This document shows, in pieces, positions 39,246-49,478 of a DNA stretch of 64,000 nt. Position 1 is the first letter of the stretch, and every line of letters starts with the position of its first letter. Source of the DNA: a candidate division WWE3 bacterium (GTDB lineage Bacteria; Patescibacteriota; WWE3; UBA101185; UBA10185); the NCBI GenBank assembly GCA_016182565.1, contig JACPGI010000009.1, positions 19,154 through 83,153 on the forward strand, given 5' to 3'. Position numbers and translations under genes: made by a program. The notes beneath the pieces are model-generated. The model searched no databases, had not been told where the DNA came from, and worked only from the letters and a program-made list of their open reading frames with translations.

Positions 39246-40803
39246 AGCCGTAATTTTATTGTTTATTGTTGCTTTTCTTATAAGATTTATTGGTATTGAG
39301 CATGGGTTTCCGTTCATCTTTCACATTGATGAACCTGCAGTAGTAAGATCGGCTCTTGGTATCAGATTTGATGCAAACCCAGGTCACTTTGACTGGCCAC
39401 ATTTGCACTTTTACCTGACTTATTTTTTGTTTTTTGTATTTATTAAGGCAAGATCAATAGTTCAATTTTTAGGTTTGCAGTCATTTCTAGCTTTTAAAAT
39501 GCCAATTCTTTGGCAAGATCCTTTAGTATTTTATTTACTGGCAAGAACTCTAGATGTATTTATGGGTGCTTTGACTGTCATACCTGTGTATTTAGCCGGC
39601 AGGGAACTTTTTGGTAATAGGGGAGGATTTTTAGCGGCGCTAACCTTTGCCTTTATGCCTTTCCATGTACATGCTTCTCATTTTGCATTGGTAGATGTAC
39701 CTGCAACTTTTTGGATTGCGTGGGCACTGTATTTTTCTACAAAAATATATAATCAAAAACCTAAAGAATCTACCAACCTAATCCAGATTAATAAGTTTAA
39801 TAGTACCTTAAAGGATAATTTAGCCTACTTTAAATATTATATTTTGGCTGGATTTTTTATAGGTCTTGCTGCTTCGACTAAGTATCATGGGGGAATTGCC
39901 GCAGTAGTTGTTGCCGTTGCCCATTTTGCAAGAGTCTACAAGAACTCCAAAGAAAAGTTTGTTTCATGGGCCGGACTAAAAAATCTGATAATCTCAGGAT
40001 TAAGTGCTGTCGGTGGATTTATTCTTGGTACTCCATTTGCAATCTTAGACTTTAGTACATTTATAAGAACGGACAGTCCAACTGGCGCTTTGTGGCAATT
40101 TACAAATGTTGGTAGCGTCACGCTACTTGAAAGATTAAACCAATTTTTTCAAGCAATAACATATAGATTTGCTCTTGATATAGGTCCTACCTTTATCGCA
40201 GTGTATTTGATTTATATTTTTTATTCTTTATTTATAAGGCGAGATAGAAGATCATTAATAATTCTTATCCCATCATTACTTTTATTTTTTTATGTGTCCG
40301 GTTTTGAAAAAATGCGAGTACATTACTACATGCCAACTTATCCATTTATTGCACTTGCAGTTGGTGCGATGAGTTCTCACATAATAGCTATTACTCGTAA
40401 TCACATTCAGAAGAGGTTGGTTTATTGGGCGGTATTTCTAATCCCAATTTTACTTGCAGTTAATACTAGTATTGTACTGTTAAGGTCGGACACTAGGTTA
40501 GAATTGTTTGATTGGTTGAACAAAAATATGACAATTACAGATTACGTAGTATATAACAGCAGCTCAGTGTCTTTGATCACAGATAAGATTTCCAAAGATA
40601 GAAGTTTTAAAGGAGTGAAAGACACAAGTTTGGTAAATAAGGTCGGTTACATTGTTATATACAAGGATACCGATGAATTAGTGCATTTTCTTGCTGGAAA
40701 TGATAGCGACAGTAAGATTGCAAAAAAATACCCCCTTGTGAAAAGAATAAGTGCTACAGGCAGGCGGGGTGGTGAAATTTTTATTTATTCCCTAGGCAAA
40801 TAA
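39211..40803 (+). CDS. GT-C glycosyltransferase, PMT/ArnT-like with DE(P) loop motif, paralog 2
   Basis: FLIRFIGIEHGFPFIFHIDEPAVVRSA first loop (Asp-Glu catalytic pair of the GT39/GT83 type). Polytopic. Confidence 0.65.
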   Translation: MYEVMKKLKPHKAVILLFIVAFLIRFIGIEHGFPFIFHIDEPAVVRSALGIRFDANPGHFDWPHLHFYLTYFLFFVFIKARSIVQFLGLQSFLAFKMPILWQDPLVFYLLARTLDVFMGALTVIPVYLAGRELFGNRGGFLAALTFAFMPFHVHASHFALVDVPATFWIAWALYFSTKIYNQKPKESTNLIQINKFNSTLKDNLAYFKYYILAGFFIGLAASTKYHGGIAAVVVAVAHFARVYKNSKEKFVSWAGLKNLIISGLSAVGGFILGTPFAILDFSTFIRTDSPTGALWQFTNVGSVTLLERLNQFFQAITYRFALDIGPTFIAVYLIYIFYSLFIRRDRRSLIILIPSLLLFFYVSGFEKMRVHYYMPTYPFIALAVGAMSSHIIAITRNHIQKRLVYWAVFLIPILLAVNTSIVLLRSDTRLELFDWLNKNMTITDYVVYNSSSVSLITDKISKDRSFKGVKDTSLVNKVGYIVIYKDTDELVHFLAGNDSDSKIAKKYPLVKRISATGRRGGEIFIYSLGK

Positions 40804-42486
40804 ATGAATTTTATTTTTGGAAAACTTAAACAATTAAAATATGAACTGGGTGTATTTTTACTTTATGTCTTTTCACGTTTACCTGCTCTTGGATTTGATA
40901 CTTTTAATACAGACGTTTGGAAATGGAAGCAAAGAATTTATGACTTTGGAAGCGGGGTTTTTAATGGTAACTTTGAGTTGACTATCCAGAAATATCATCC
41001 CGGAGTAACTTTGATGTGGATTGGCACATTTGCAGTAAAAGTTTATAACGGTTGGTCAAAACTGATTCAAGGAACGCTTCCTATAGACAACGACATAACT
41101 TTTATTTTTGAACTAAATTTCCTACAAAAGCTACTTATTGTTTGCACGACAGGAATTGTTTTAGCCTTTATCTTTCATGTTTTACGTAAAGTTTTTGGTT
41201 TAAAGTATGCCTGTATTGCAATAATTCTTGTCTCTTTAGAACCATTTTATATTTTTCTAAGTCGCGAAATTCACTTGGAAGGTTTAATGACTACTTTTAT
41301 GCTCGCATCAATTGTTTCCCTTTACTCTTTTAAAGTGTATAACACCAAATTTTACCTTGTTGTTTCAGCTTTTTTTGCCGCTTTAAGTGTACTTACTAAA
41401 TCATCTGCACTTGTACTTATTCCATTTACTGCCCTTATGATTTTTTTGATTAGTTTACTACAAGATAGATTAAGTATAAGTAGAAGAATCCAGGAGTTTG
41501 TTAAAGTTTTTTGTTTTTGGTTACTTATATTTATAGTTACCTTTTTTCTAGTGTGGCCTGCAATGTGGGTAGTGCCTATAAAAGCTTTGTCTACGGTATT
41601 TGGTGGAATTATAAATACGGGGATTGAAGATGGCCACATGCAGTTGTACTTTGGTGAACTTGTAAAGGATCCGGGTTACCTTTACTACTTTGTAGTATTT
41701 TGGTTAAGAAGTTCTTTTTATTTAATTCTTGGTTTACTTTTTCTCCCATTTATTTTTAAAAGGCTTGAAACAAAAAAACAAGAATTTGTACTTTTACTAA
41801 TAATATTTTCAATTGTTTATTTAATTGAAATGATGATCCCGGCTAAGAAATTAGACAGGTACATACTCCCGACAATGATGGCTTTAGTTTTAGTAGTAGC
41901 TTTTATGTTTGAATGGTTGATTGACTACATCTCAAGCAAAATCCGACTAGCGCTTAGAAAGAAGTCAGTTTCAAAGACCATGCAAGAAATTTTAAAAAAT
42001 GGTGGATATGTTGTATTAATCCCTGCCTTTATAGTTCCACTTATTTTATATCCAAATTTCTCCTCCTATTACAATCCACTTGCTGGTGGGCTTAAAAAAG
42101 GTATTTTCATGGTAGAACCAAAATGGACTTTTGGGCAAAGGGAACTATCAAAAGAGTTGGCAAGATTAAAAATCGAAGATAATCTTAAGGGGTTTGAAGG
42201 ATCCTCTTTAAAAAAACTTTATTATAAAGATATCCTTCGTGAAAAATTGGTTGTGGCATTTCCGATCCAATATTACTCGCAGTTGTACCCATTTGTTTAT
42301 AAACTTGATGGATGGCCAACAATTGATACTTTAAGGCAAGATGCTAAGCAGTCAAATTATTTTGTATATCCTGTTTGGGATGAAATGTCCCCGGCTTTCA
42401 AAAATTATAATTTAAAATACAGAAGCAGTGTATATCTACGAGGAGTTACAATTTATAACATTTACACAAGAGGGGAGCCAAAATAG
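40804..42486 (+). CDS. GT-C glycosyltransferase, PMT/ArnT-like, paralog 3
   Basis: SRLPALGFDTFNTDVWKWKQR...YHPGVTLMW mirrors the 37527 gene. Polytopic. Confidence 0.6.
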   Translation: MNFIFGKLKQLKYELGVFLLYVFSRLPALGFDTFNTDVWKWKQRIYDFGSGVFNGNFELTIQKYHPGVTLMWIGTFAVKVYNGWSKLIQGTLPIDNDITFIFELNFLQKLLIVCTTGIVLAFIFHVLRKVFGLKYACIAIILVSLEPFYIFLSREIHLEGLMTTFMLASIVSLYSFKVYNTKFYLVVSAFFAALSVLTKSSALVLIPFTALMIFLISLLQDRLSISRRIQEFVKVFCFWLLIFIVTFFLVWPAMWVVPIKALSTVFGGIINTGIEDGHMQLYFGELVKDPGYLYYFVVFWLRSSFYLILGLLFLPFIFKRLETKKQEFVLLLIIFSIVYLIEMMIPAKKLDRYILPTMMALVLVVAFMFEWLIDYISSKIRLALRKKSVSKTMQEILKNGGYVVLIPAFIVPLILYPNFSSYYNPLAGGLKKGIFMVEPKWTFGQRELSKELARLKIEDNLKGFEGSSLKKLYYKDILREKLVVAFPIQYYSQLYPFVYKLDGWPTIDTLRQDAKQSNYFVYPVWDEMSPAFKNYNLKYRSSVYLRGVTIYNIYTRGEPK

Positions 42487-42495
42487 ATAAAGCTC

Positions 42496-43779
42496 GTGCA
42501 GATCAAAAATGTATTAATAAAATTAAAAAGTCTGACTAATAACGAATCCCTAGTTGGAACTATTACTGTTGCAAGTGGACTTTTTGTAGGAAGTATTGTT
42601 TCTTATATTGTTCAACTCTACCTGGGTAGGAAATTAAGCGTAGAGGAGTATGGTGTATTTAATTCCCTACTTTCCATTTCAGTAATAATTGGTGTTTTAG
42701 GAAACACATTTCAAACTTCAATAGTAAAAACTGTTGCAGATTTAAAGGTAGCAAATAAATATAGCACATTAACGCAGCTTTTCTGGGGCGTAAACACGAT
42801 AGCTATTTTTGCAGGTGTTGTTACAGCTTCCTTAGTTTTCACATTTCAGGCACCATTGGCTAAGTTTTTAAATTTAACTGATGCTACTGTACTTGTGGGT
42901 TTTGCAATCTCAATGGTTTTTGTATACCTAAAGATTGCCCCGTTTGCGTACTTCCAGGGTCTTCTTCGTTTTAGAGCTTTTGCATTTGTTAATGTATCTA
43001 CAAATATTGCAAGACTTTTTGCAGCTGTTCTTGGAATTTGGCTAGGTTACACAGTTGGCGGAATTTATCTTTTAATAGGGATTACTTCGCTTTTGACTTT
43101 TATTTTATATTTAGGCCTTTTACAAAAAAACTTTTCAAACTATGAAAAAGAACCTCTTGACTCCCACTATAGCAAAATTTTGAAATTTGCCTGGCCAGTG
43201 TTTTTTGTGCAGATGAGTATGATTCTACTTAATAATACTGATATTATTCTTGTAAAGCATTATTTTGACGGCTTTACTGCAGGTCTTTATTCAGGTCTTG
43301 TAACTGTTGGAAAAGTTTATTTGTTTGCTGCAAATACCGTTGCTGTTGCTATGTATCCGATGATAGCTTCAGCGTTTGCAAAAAAAGAAAATTATTTCAA
43401 AAAATTAAAGCCGTTTTTATATTTGCAGATTGGGGTTATTTTAATAGGTCTTACTGTTTTTACACTTTTTCCTAATTTAATTGTTCACATTATGTTTGGA
43501 CTTTCATACCAAGGGGCTGTTGAATACCTATTTAAATTCATATTATTTATGGGTTTATACGTTATGCTTAATTTTATGACTATGTTCTTACTTGCCATTG
43601 AGCGAACAAAAGTTTATTTATTACAAATTCCGGCTGTAATTATTCAAACCATACTTATAATGTTTTTTCATAAAGATTTGCATCAAGTAATAAATATGAA
43701 TCTGATCACTTCCGGAACCCTGTTTTTAGCTGTTATTGGTTACTATATCAAAGTAAATAGGTATGAACTTATTAAATAA
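42496..43779 (+). CDS. MOP-superfamily flippase (Wzx-like), tandem paralog A
   Basis: 12-14 TM. N-terminal LGRKLSVEEYGVFNSLLSISVIIGVL. Confidence 0.65.
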   Translation: MQIKNVLIKLKSLTNNESLVGTITVASGLFVGSIVSYIVQLYLGRKLSVEEYGVFNSLLSISVIIGVLGNTFQTSIVKTVADLKVANKYSTLTQLFWGVNTIAIFAGVVTASLVFTFQAPLAKFLNLTDATVLVGFAISMVFVYLKIAPFAYFQGLLRFRAFAFVNVSTNIARLFAAVLGIWLGYTVGGIYLLIGITSLLTFILYLGLLQKNFSNYEKEPLDSHYSKILKFAWPVFFVQMSMILLNNTDIILVKHYFDGFTAGLYSGLVTVGKVYLFAANTVAVAMYPMIASAFAKKENYFKKLKPFLYLQIGVILIGLTVFTLFPNLIVHIMFGLSYQGAVEYLFKFILFMGLYVMLNFMTMFLLAIERTKVYLLQIPAVIIQTILIMFFHKDLHQVINMNLITSGTLFLAVIGYYIKVNRYELIK

Positions 43780-45049
43780 AATACAATTACTCTTCAAAAA
43801 TTATGAACTTCAAAGAACTGTTATTGTGACGGTTGGGATGTTTATTGGGAGTGTGTTTGCATACTTACTCCAAATTTTACTTGGACGTCTTTTAAGTGTT
43901 TCAGATTACGGGATTTTTAATTCATTACTATCTGTATTTTCTATAATTAGTGTAATTAGTAGTGCTTTTATAACATCGCTTATTAAAGTCGTTTCTGAAT
44001 TAAAGGTTAATAATAAATTTGACTTATTAACGGCACTTTTTGTCAAAGTTACAATAGCTGTTGTTGTGATTGGGTTTTTCGTATTTTTGCCAATCACAGT
44101 GTTTAGAGAATCTATAGCTACATTTTTAAATATTTCTAATTTGTATTTAGTATCAGTTTTTGGACTATTTGTTGGAATTACCTTTTTGGGTATTGTTCCA
44201 GCTTCATATCTTCAGGGGTTACTTCGGCTTAAGGCTTTTTCATTTTGGACAGTACTTTCCAATTTTTTGAGATTTGCAGTCCCTACCGCCTTTGTATATA
44301 TAGGATTTTCTGTAACTGGGGTGTTTACCGGACTTATTATCGCCGCAATCCTGTCGTTTTTAATTGGTCTTTTACTTTTGATGAAAAATTTTAGTAGCTA
44401 TGAAAATCCAGATCTTAAAAATCAATATAGTAAACTTTTTACGTTTGTTTGGCTTGCATTATTTATAAATATTGGAATGTCAATTTTTAACAATGTTGAT
44501 GTTGTTCTAGTTAAGCACTATTTTGATGCACACCTTGCTGGTATTTATTCTGGAGTTGTAACAATTGGTAAAGTATTTTTGTTTGGCGCAAGCACAGTTG
44601 GTGTTGTGATGTACCCACAAATTGCATCTGCATTTGCCCGTAAAGAAGACTTTGTTGCTAAATTTAGAACCTACTTTTTAATACAACTGAGTGTTGTACT
44701 TGTTGGTCTTACTGTATTTGTGATTTTTCCAGATTTTATTACAAGAGTGATGTTTGGTCAGGATTTTCTTCCCTCTGCCGCATACCTTGTTAAATATTCT
44801 GTATTTGTAGCTGCTTATGTAATGCTTAATTTTATGACTATGTTTTTTCTTGCCATAGAGCAGAAGAAAATCTTATTTTTCCAGATCCCGGCAGTACTTT
44901 TACAACTTGTACTTTTGACTGTTTTTCATACAAGTCTTGATCAAGTTATAAATGTAAACATTGGTGTGTCTTTGTTGCTTCTTATTTTCATAATGCTATA
45001 TTATGCAAGATATGTTGGTATCAATAATAATGCCGGTGTATCGGCATGA
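43763..45049 (+). CDS. MOP-superfamily flippase (Wzx-like), tandem paralog B
   Basis: Colinear with paralog A (LGRLLSVSDYGIFNSLLSVFSIISVI, VLVKHYFDAHLAGIYSGVVTIGKVFLF versus ILVKHYFDGFTAGLYSGLVTVGKVYLF). Confidence 0.65.
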   Translation: MNLLNKIQLLFKNYELQRTVIVTVGMFIGSVFAYLLQILLGRLLSVSDYGIFNSLLSVFSIISVISSAFITSLIKVVSELKVNNKFDLLTALFVKVTIAVVVIGFFVFLPITVFRESIATFLNISNLYLVSVFGLFVGITFLGIVPASYLQGLLRLKAFSFWTVLSNFLRFAVPTAFVYIGFSVTGVFTGLIIAAILSFLIGLLLLMKNFSSYENPDLKNQYSKLFTFVWLALFINIGMSIFNNVDVVLVKHYFDAHLAGIYSGVVTIGKVFLFGASTVGVVMYPQIASAFARKEDFVAKFRTYFLIQLSVVLVGLTVFVIFPDFITRVMFGQDFLPSAAYLVKYSVFVAAYVMLNFMTMFFLAIEQKKILFFQIPAVLLQLVLLTVFHTSLDQVINVNIGVSLLLLIFIMLYYARYVGINNNAGVSA

Positions 45050-45824
45050 AAAAACAATTGTAAAAGATATTTTGGGCATTTGTGATGCCATGAATGATAC
45101 GAGTTGGGACTTTGAGATAATTCCTGTCGTAGACGGATTTGTAGATAACTCCTTTGAGGAAGCTAAAAAAATAAAGAAAAATAATGTCCGTGTGGTGGGG
45201 TATAAGACCAATCGCGGTAAAGGTTATGCTGTAAGGTATGGGATGGCACGCGCAAAGGGTGATCTGATAGCATTTATTGATGCTGGGATGGACATTAATC
45301 CGCTTAGTCTTTCTATGGTGCTTGAACATATGGATTGGTATAACGCAGATATAATAGTAGGTAGCAAGCGTCATCCTGCCTCAAAAGTAAAATATAACTG
45401 GGTCAGAAGGATTTACAGTTGGGGATATTATTTGATTGTTAAGTTGCTATTTGGATTAAAATTAAAAGATACTCAAACTGGGCTTAAAGTTTATAAAAGA
45501 GCAGTCCTTGAAAAAGTTCTACCCCGACTTACTGTCAAAGAATTTGCTTTCGATATAGAACTTTTAGCGGTAGCGTGGAGACTTGGATTTAAACGAATAT
45601 TTGAGGCTCCGGTTGATGTTAATCTTGATTTTACTAAAGAATCTAAACTAAGACATGGATTTATGTTATTTCTGGATCCAAATATAAGGGGAATTTTATA
45701 TGATACTTTAGCAGTTTTTTATCGATTAAAAATCCTAAGATATTATGATGATTATAGTCGACGAAAGTGGGTCTATGATAAAGAACTTGAGATGAGAATA
45801 AATACAGGGGAGGTATATGAGTGA
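45003..45824 (+). CDS. GT2 glycosyltransferase
   Basis: VSIIMPVYRHEKTI...VVDGFVDNS...FIDAGMD (DxD-like). Confidence 0.7.
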   Translation: MQDMLVSIIMPVYRHEKTIVKDILGICDAMNDTSWDFEIIPVVDGFVDNSFEEAKKIKKNNVRVVGYKTNRGKGYAVRYGMARAKGDLIAFIDAGMDINPLSLSMVLEHMDWYNADIIVGSKRHPASKVKYNWVRRIYSWGYYLIVKLLFGLKLKDTQTGLKVYKRAVLEKVLPRLTVKEFAFDIELLAVAWRLGFKRIFEAPVDVNLDFTKESKLRHGFMLFLDPNIRGILYDTLAVFYRLKILRYYDDYSRRKWVYDKELEMRINTGEVYE

Positions 45825-46647
45825 TGTTCTAGTTTCGGTAATAATGCCATCCTACAATACCGAGAACTATATAAGCTTAGCAATTGAAAGTATTTTAAAT
45901 CAAACTTATAAAAATTTAGAGCTAATAATTTTGGATGACGCTTCTACGGATAAAACTTGGGAAATAATTCAACAATACACGAAAAAAGACTCAAGAGTTA
46001 TTTCCATAAGAAATGAAAAAAACTTATACATTGCGGGAAATCGAAATAAAGGTATATCTTTGGCAAGAGGTAAATACATTGTCTGGCAGGATTCTGATGA
46101 CATTTCTGTTTTAACAAGAATTCAAAAGCAAGTTGATTTCATGGAAAAGCACCCTGAGGTAGGTATTTGTGGGGGTTTTCTACAGTCTTTTAACGAGGCG
46201 GGTAATCTTGATATTAGAATGTACGATACTACGGACGTTTTGCTTCGTAAGAATATTTTTAAATACTCACCAGTAGCACAACCGTCAGCTATCATAAGAT
46301 CTGAGTGTTTTAAGCTCTTAGGTGATTTTGATGTCACAAAACCTCCTGCAGAAGATATCGATATGTCATTTAGAATTGGCACAAAATATAAGTTTGCGAA
46401 TCTTCCGGAGATTCTGATTTTTTATAGGGAGCACAGTACAAATAACACGATAAGCAGAATGCAAAAATTATTAAAAAGTACCCTTGAGGTGCGCAGAAAG
46501 TATTCAATAGGGTTTGGATATACTATGAATTTTACAGATGAAATAGCGTATTTTTTGACCTGGTTAATGTTTTTTATTCCTGCCCAACTTGTGGTACCTT
46601 TGTTCAAGATTGCTAGGTTTATAGCACGATTGAAGGTTGTTAAATAA
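45817..46647 (+). CDS. GT2 glycosyltransferase
   Basis: VSVIMPSYNTENYI...LELIILDDASTDKT...WQDSDDIS. Confidence 0.85.
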   Translation: MSDVLVSVIMPSYNTENYISLAIESILNQTYKNLELIILDDASTDKTWEIIQQYTKKDSRVISIRNEKNLYIAGNRNKGISLARGKYIVWQDSDDISVLTRIQKQVDFMEKHPEVGICGGFLQSFNEAGNLDIRMYDTTDVLLRKNIFKYSPVAQPSAIIRSECFKLLGDFDVTKPPAEDIDMSFRIGTKYKFANLPEILIFYREHSTNNTISRMQKLLKSTLEVRRKYSIGFGYTMNFTDEIAYFLTWLMFFIPAQLVVPLFKIARFIARLKVVK

Positions 46648-46659
46648 GGCCCTCAAAAT

Positions 46660-47820
46660 ATGGACATTAGAAATAAAACTATTGTTATAGTTGCACATAA
46701 ATTTACAACTCAACCAGATGATGATCTTGTTAAATTTTTAAGGGAAAAAAGAGTAAGTAATATATTTCATATTAAACATAGTTTTGCCGATGCACCGGAT
46801 AGAAAAAGTTCTTATGTTTGGTATAAAGAAGGAAAGATCTATAAAGAAGACACTACAAGTGATTTTAGTACCTATCCGGAGATTTTTATTTATATAAAAG
46901 AATTTTATTTTACCGCTTTTTGGCTTTTAAGCTCTAAACTTAAATTTGACACCTATATTGGTATGGACGGGCTTTGCATAGTTTTTGGACTTATATTAAA
47001 GGCAGTATTGGATATTAAAAAAATAGTCTTTTGGGCGATAGATTTTGTTCCAAATAACAGATTTTCAGGTTACCTAAAAAATACAATTTATAAACTAATT
47101 AATCTATTTGCGTATAAAAATGTTCAAGAGATATGGGATTTATCACCACGTATGCTTGAGGCAAGGGAAAAGTTTGCAGGAATCAAACTTAAAGATGATC
47201 AGTTGCATAAAGTTGTCCCATACGGAGTTTGGCATGATGAAATAATGACATACTCATACAATGAGTGTGAAAAACACAGCTTGGTTTTTATGGGACATTT
47301 AATCCCAAAGCAAGGTGTGCAGTTTGTGATAAATGCTATGCCACAAATTCTTGAGCATTTTCCTGATTTTAAATTTAAAATTATAGGTGGAGGAAGTTAT
47401 GAGCCTGAGCTAAAAGCTTTAGCAACTAAATTAGGGGTTTTAGATCATTGCAAATTTTTTGGCAAAATTCCAAATGAACTTCACGGCGAAGTTCTTTTAC
47501 CTGAAATTGCAAAATCTTGTATTGCAATTGCACCATATATTAAGGAGCTAGACACCTGGACTTATTTTGCAGATCCGGGAAAAGTTAAAAGTTACCTTGC
47601 ATGTGGTGTACCAGTTCTTCTTACTGATTTGCCTTGGAATGCAAAAGAAATAAAAGATCATAAATGTGGGTTAATTTTATCAGGGGAGCAGTCAGATCTT
47701 ATTGAAAAAATAAGTATATTGATGGGAGAAACATTAAATGGTGAGTATAGAAAGAATGCATACAATTACGCAAAGAGTTTTGACTATAAATTTATCTTTG
47801 AGGATCTTTTCGTTTTATGA
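46660..47820 (+). CDS. GT-B fold glycosyltransferase (GT4-like)
   Basis: C-terminal domain FMGHLIPKQGVQFVINAM...IIGGGS...ACGVPVLLTD resembles the GT4 C-terminal half. The N-terminal half is divergent. Confidence 0.55.
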   Translation: MDIRNKTIVIVAHKFTTQPDDDLVKFLREKRVSNIFHIKHSFADAPDRKSSYVWYKEGKIYKEDTTSDFSTYPEIFIYIKEFYFTAFWLLSSKLKFDTYIGMDGLCIVFGLILKAVLDIKKIVFWAIDFVPNNRFSGYLKNTIYKLINLFAYKNVQEIWDLSPRMLEAREKFAGIKLKDDQLHKVVPYGVWHDEIMTYSYNECEKHSLVFMGHLIPKQGVQFVINAMPQILEHFPDFKFKIIGGGSYEPELKALATKLGVLDHCKFFGKIPNELHGEVLLPEIAKSCIAIAPYIKELDTWTYFADPGKVKSYLACGVPVLLTDLPWNAKEIKDHKCGLILSGEQSDLIEKISILMGETLNGEYRKNAYNYAKSFDYKFIFEDLFVL

Positions 47821-48866
47821 AAATACTTTTTTTTGTACTTCATTTGAACACAATCTATGCCGGACGTACTATTTATAACGGGTACAAAAATGCTTTCCTT
47901 GATCTCGGTCATGAATTTAAATTTTTGACCACAGATGATTTCCAGTCAAAAGTTTACGCAGAGTATAAACCGGATATTTTATTTACTAGTATGGGCTCAT
48001 ACATTTTTAAACATTTAGATCTCGTAGCCCTTAGAAATGCGAAAAAAACTGGTATGAAAGTTTTTGTAAATACACCATTTTGGAAATCTCCAATGTCAAA
48101 ATTAAGAATAAATGAAGCAAAGAGCGTTTCAGAAAATAAAGACTATGTGGAGCTTATTAAGTCCGGTAATTTCGGTGATGTCTTCTATGCTTCTTGTGAA
48201 GGTAATGATCCCAGAATGATAGGTTTTACTAAAAATACGGGATATATTTTGCACACTATTCCACTTGCTGTAGATAAAATGTTAAATTTTTATGAATTTA
48301 TGCCTGAGTTTAAGTCCGACATATCTTTTTTAGGTACAAATCTTCCCGGCAAAAGAAAATTTTTTAATGAGGTTATCTATCCGTTAAAGAGAACTTATGA
48401 TGTTAGGTTTTATGGCCAGGATTGGACACTTACCGATAAATTAATTGGAACCTTACAAAAAATTGTACATTATTTTAATTTACCTATTTTCAAGACTATT
48501 CAAAAACCAAAACTGAATTTAGAGGATGAGAGGAGAATTTACTCATCCACCAAGATTTCCCTAAATGTTCATGAAGATTATCAAGTACAATTTGGAGGGG
48601 ACTGTAATGAAAGAACTTTTAAAATTCCCGCATGTGGTGGGTTTGAAATTGTTGATGATGTATCCTGTATAAAAAATTATTTCAACGAGGGAACTGAAAT
48701 TGTAATCGCTAAGGATAAAAGTGATTGGCAAGAAAAAATTGACTATTATATAAGTCATCCTGAAGAAAGACAAAAAATTTCGAAAGCAGGAAAAAAAAGA
48801 GTCTTAGCCGATCACACCTATCACAATAGGGTAGATCAGCTTTTGGGCATATACAGAGCATTGTAG
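47817..48866 (+). CDS. CgeB-like glycosyltransferase (Glyco_trans_1_2 / DUF3880-type)
   Basis: ISLNVHEDYQVQFGGDCNERTFKIPACGGF...ISHPEERQKISKAGKKRVLADHTYHNRVDQLL matches the CgeB-family C-terminal block. Confidence 0.55.
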   Translation: MKILFFVLHLNTIYAGRTIYNGYKNAFLDLGHEFKFLTTDDFQSKVYAEYKPDILFTSMGSYIFKHLDLVALRNAKKTGMKVFVNTPFWKSPMSKLRINEAKSVSENKDYVELIKSGNFGDVFYASCEGNDPRMIGFTKNTGYILHTIPLAVDKMLNFYEFMPEFKSDISFLGTNLPGKRKFFNEVIYPLKRTYDVRFYGQDWTLTDKLIGTLQKIVHYFNLPIFKTIQKPKLNLEDERRIYSSTKISLNVHEDYQVQFGGDCNERTFKIPACGGFEIVDDVSCIKNYFNEGTEIVIAKDKSDWQEKIDYYISHPEERQKISKAGKKRVLADHTYHNRVDQLLGIYRAL

Positions 48867-48884
48867 ATATAATACTGTTGTTGT

Positions 48885-49478
48885 ATGAAAAAAGTAATTT
48901 TAAACATAGGTTGCGGAAAAACAAGAATACCGGATTCTATTGGTGTTGATAGGGTAAAGATAGATGATTATGTAGATATATTACATGACTTAAATGTAAC
49001 TCCGTATCCATTTAGTTCTGATTATGCGGATGAAATCCATATGTATCATGTGTTAGAACATTTAAATTTCCCCATTCAAAAAATTGAGGAGATGCATAGG
49101 ATTTTAAAACCTGGTGGGATACTTCATATAAGAGTTCCTCATTTTTCAAGTATGGGTGCTTTCACTGACATAACTCATGTGAGACCTTTTGGTTATTATA
49201 GTTTTGACCCATTTCAAAAGGACCATGACCAACATTTCTACACGACTACCAGTTTTAAAATAATAAATCGAGAGATCAAATATTTTGGTCTTTTTCCAAA
49301 TTCTGGCGATTATGAAAAATACATTCATAAAAACCAATGCCCGGTAATGCTAAAACCGTTTGTAATTATTTTAAATAAAATAATAAATTTTTCGCCCATG
49401 CTTTTTGAAAGACTTTGGTGTTACTGGGTAGGTGGTGCAATCGAACTTGTTATTGATTTACAAAAGGAAAACCAATGA
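48885..49478 (+). CDS. Class I SAM-dependent methyltransferase
   Basis: Motif I ILNIGCGKTRIP and post-I LKPGGILHIRVPH. Confidence 0.7.
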   Translation: MKKVILNIGCGKTRIPDSIGVDRVKIDDYVDILHDLNVTPYPFSSDYADEIHMYHVLEHLNFPIQKIEEMHRILKPGGILHIRVPHFSSMGAFTDITHVRPFGYYSFDPFQKDHDQHFYTTTSFKIINREIKYFGLFPNSGDYEKYIHKNQCPVMLKPFVIILNKIINFSPMLFERLWCYWVGGAIELVIDLQKENQ

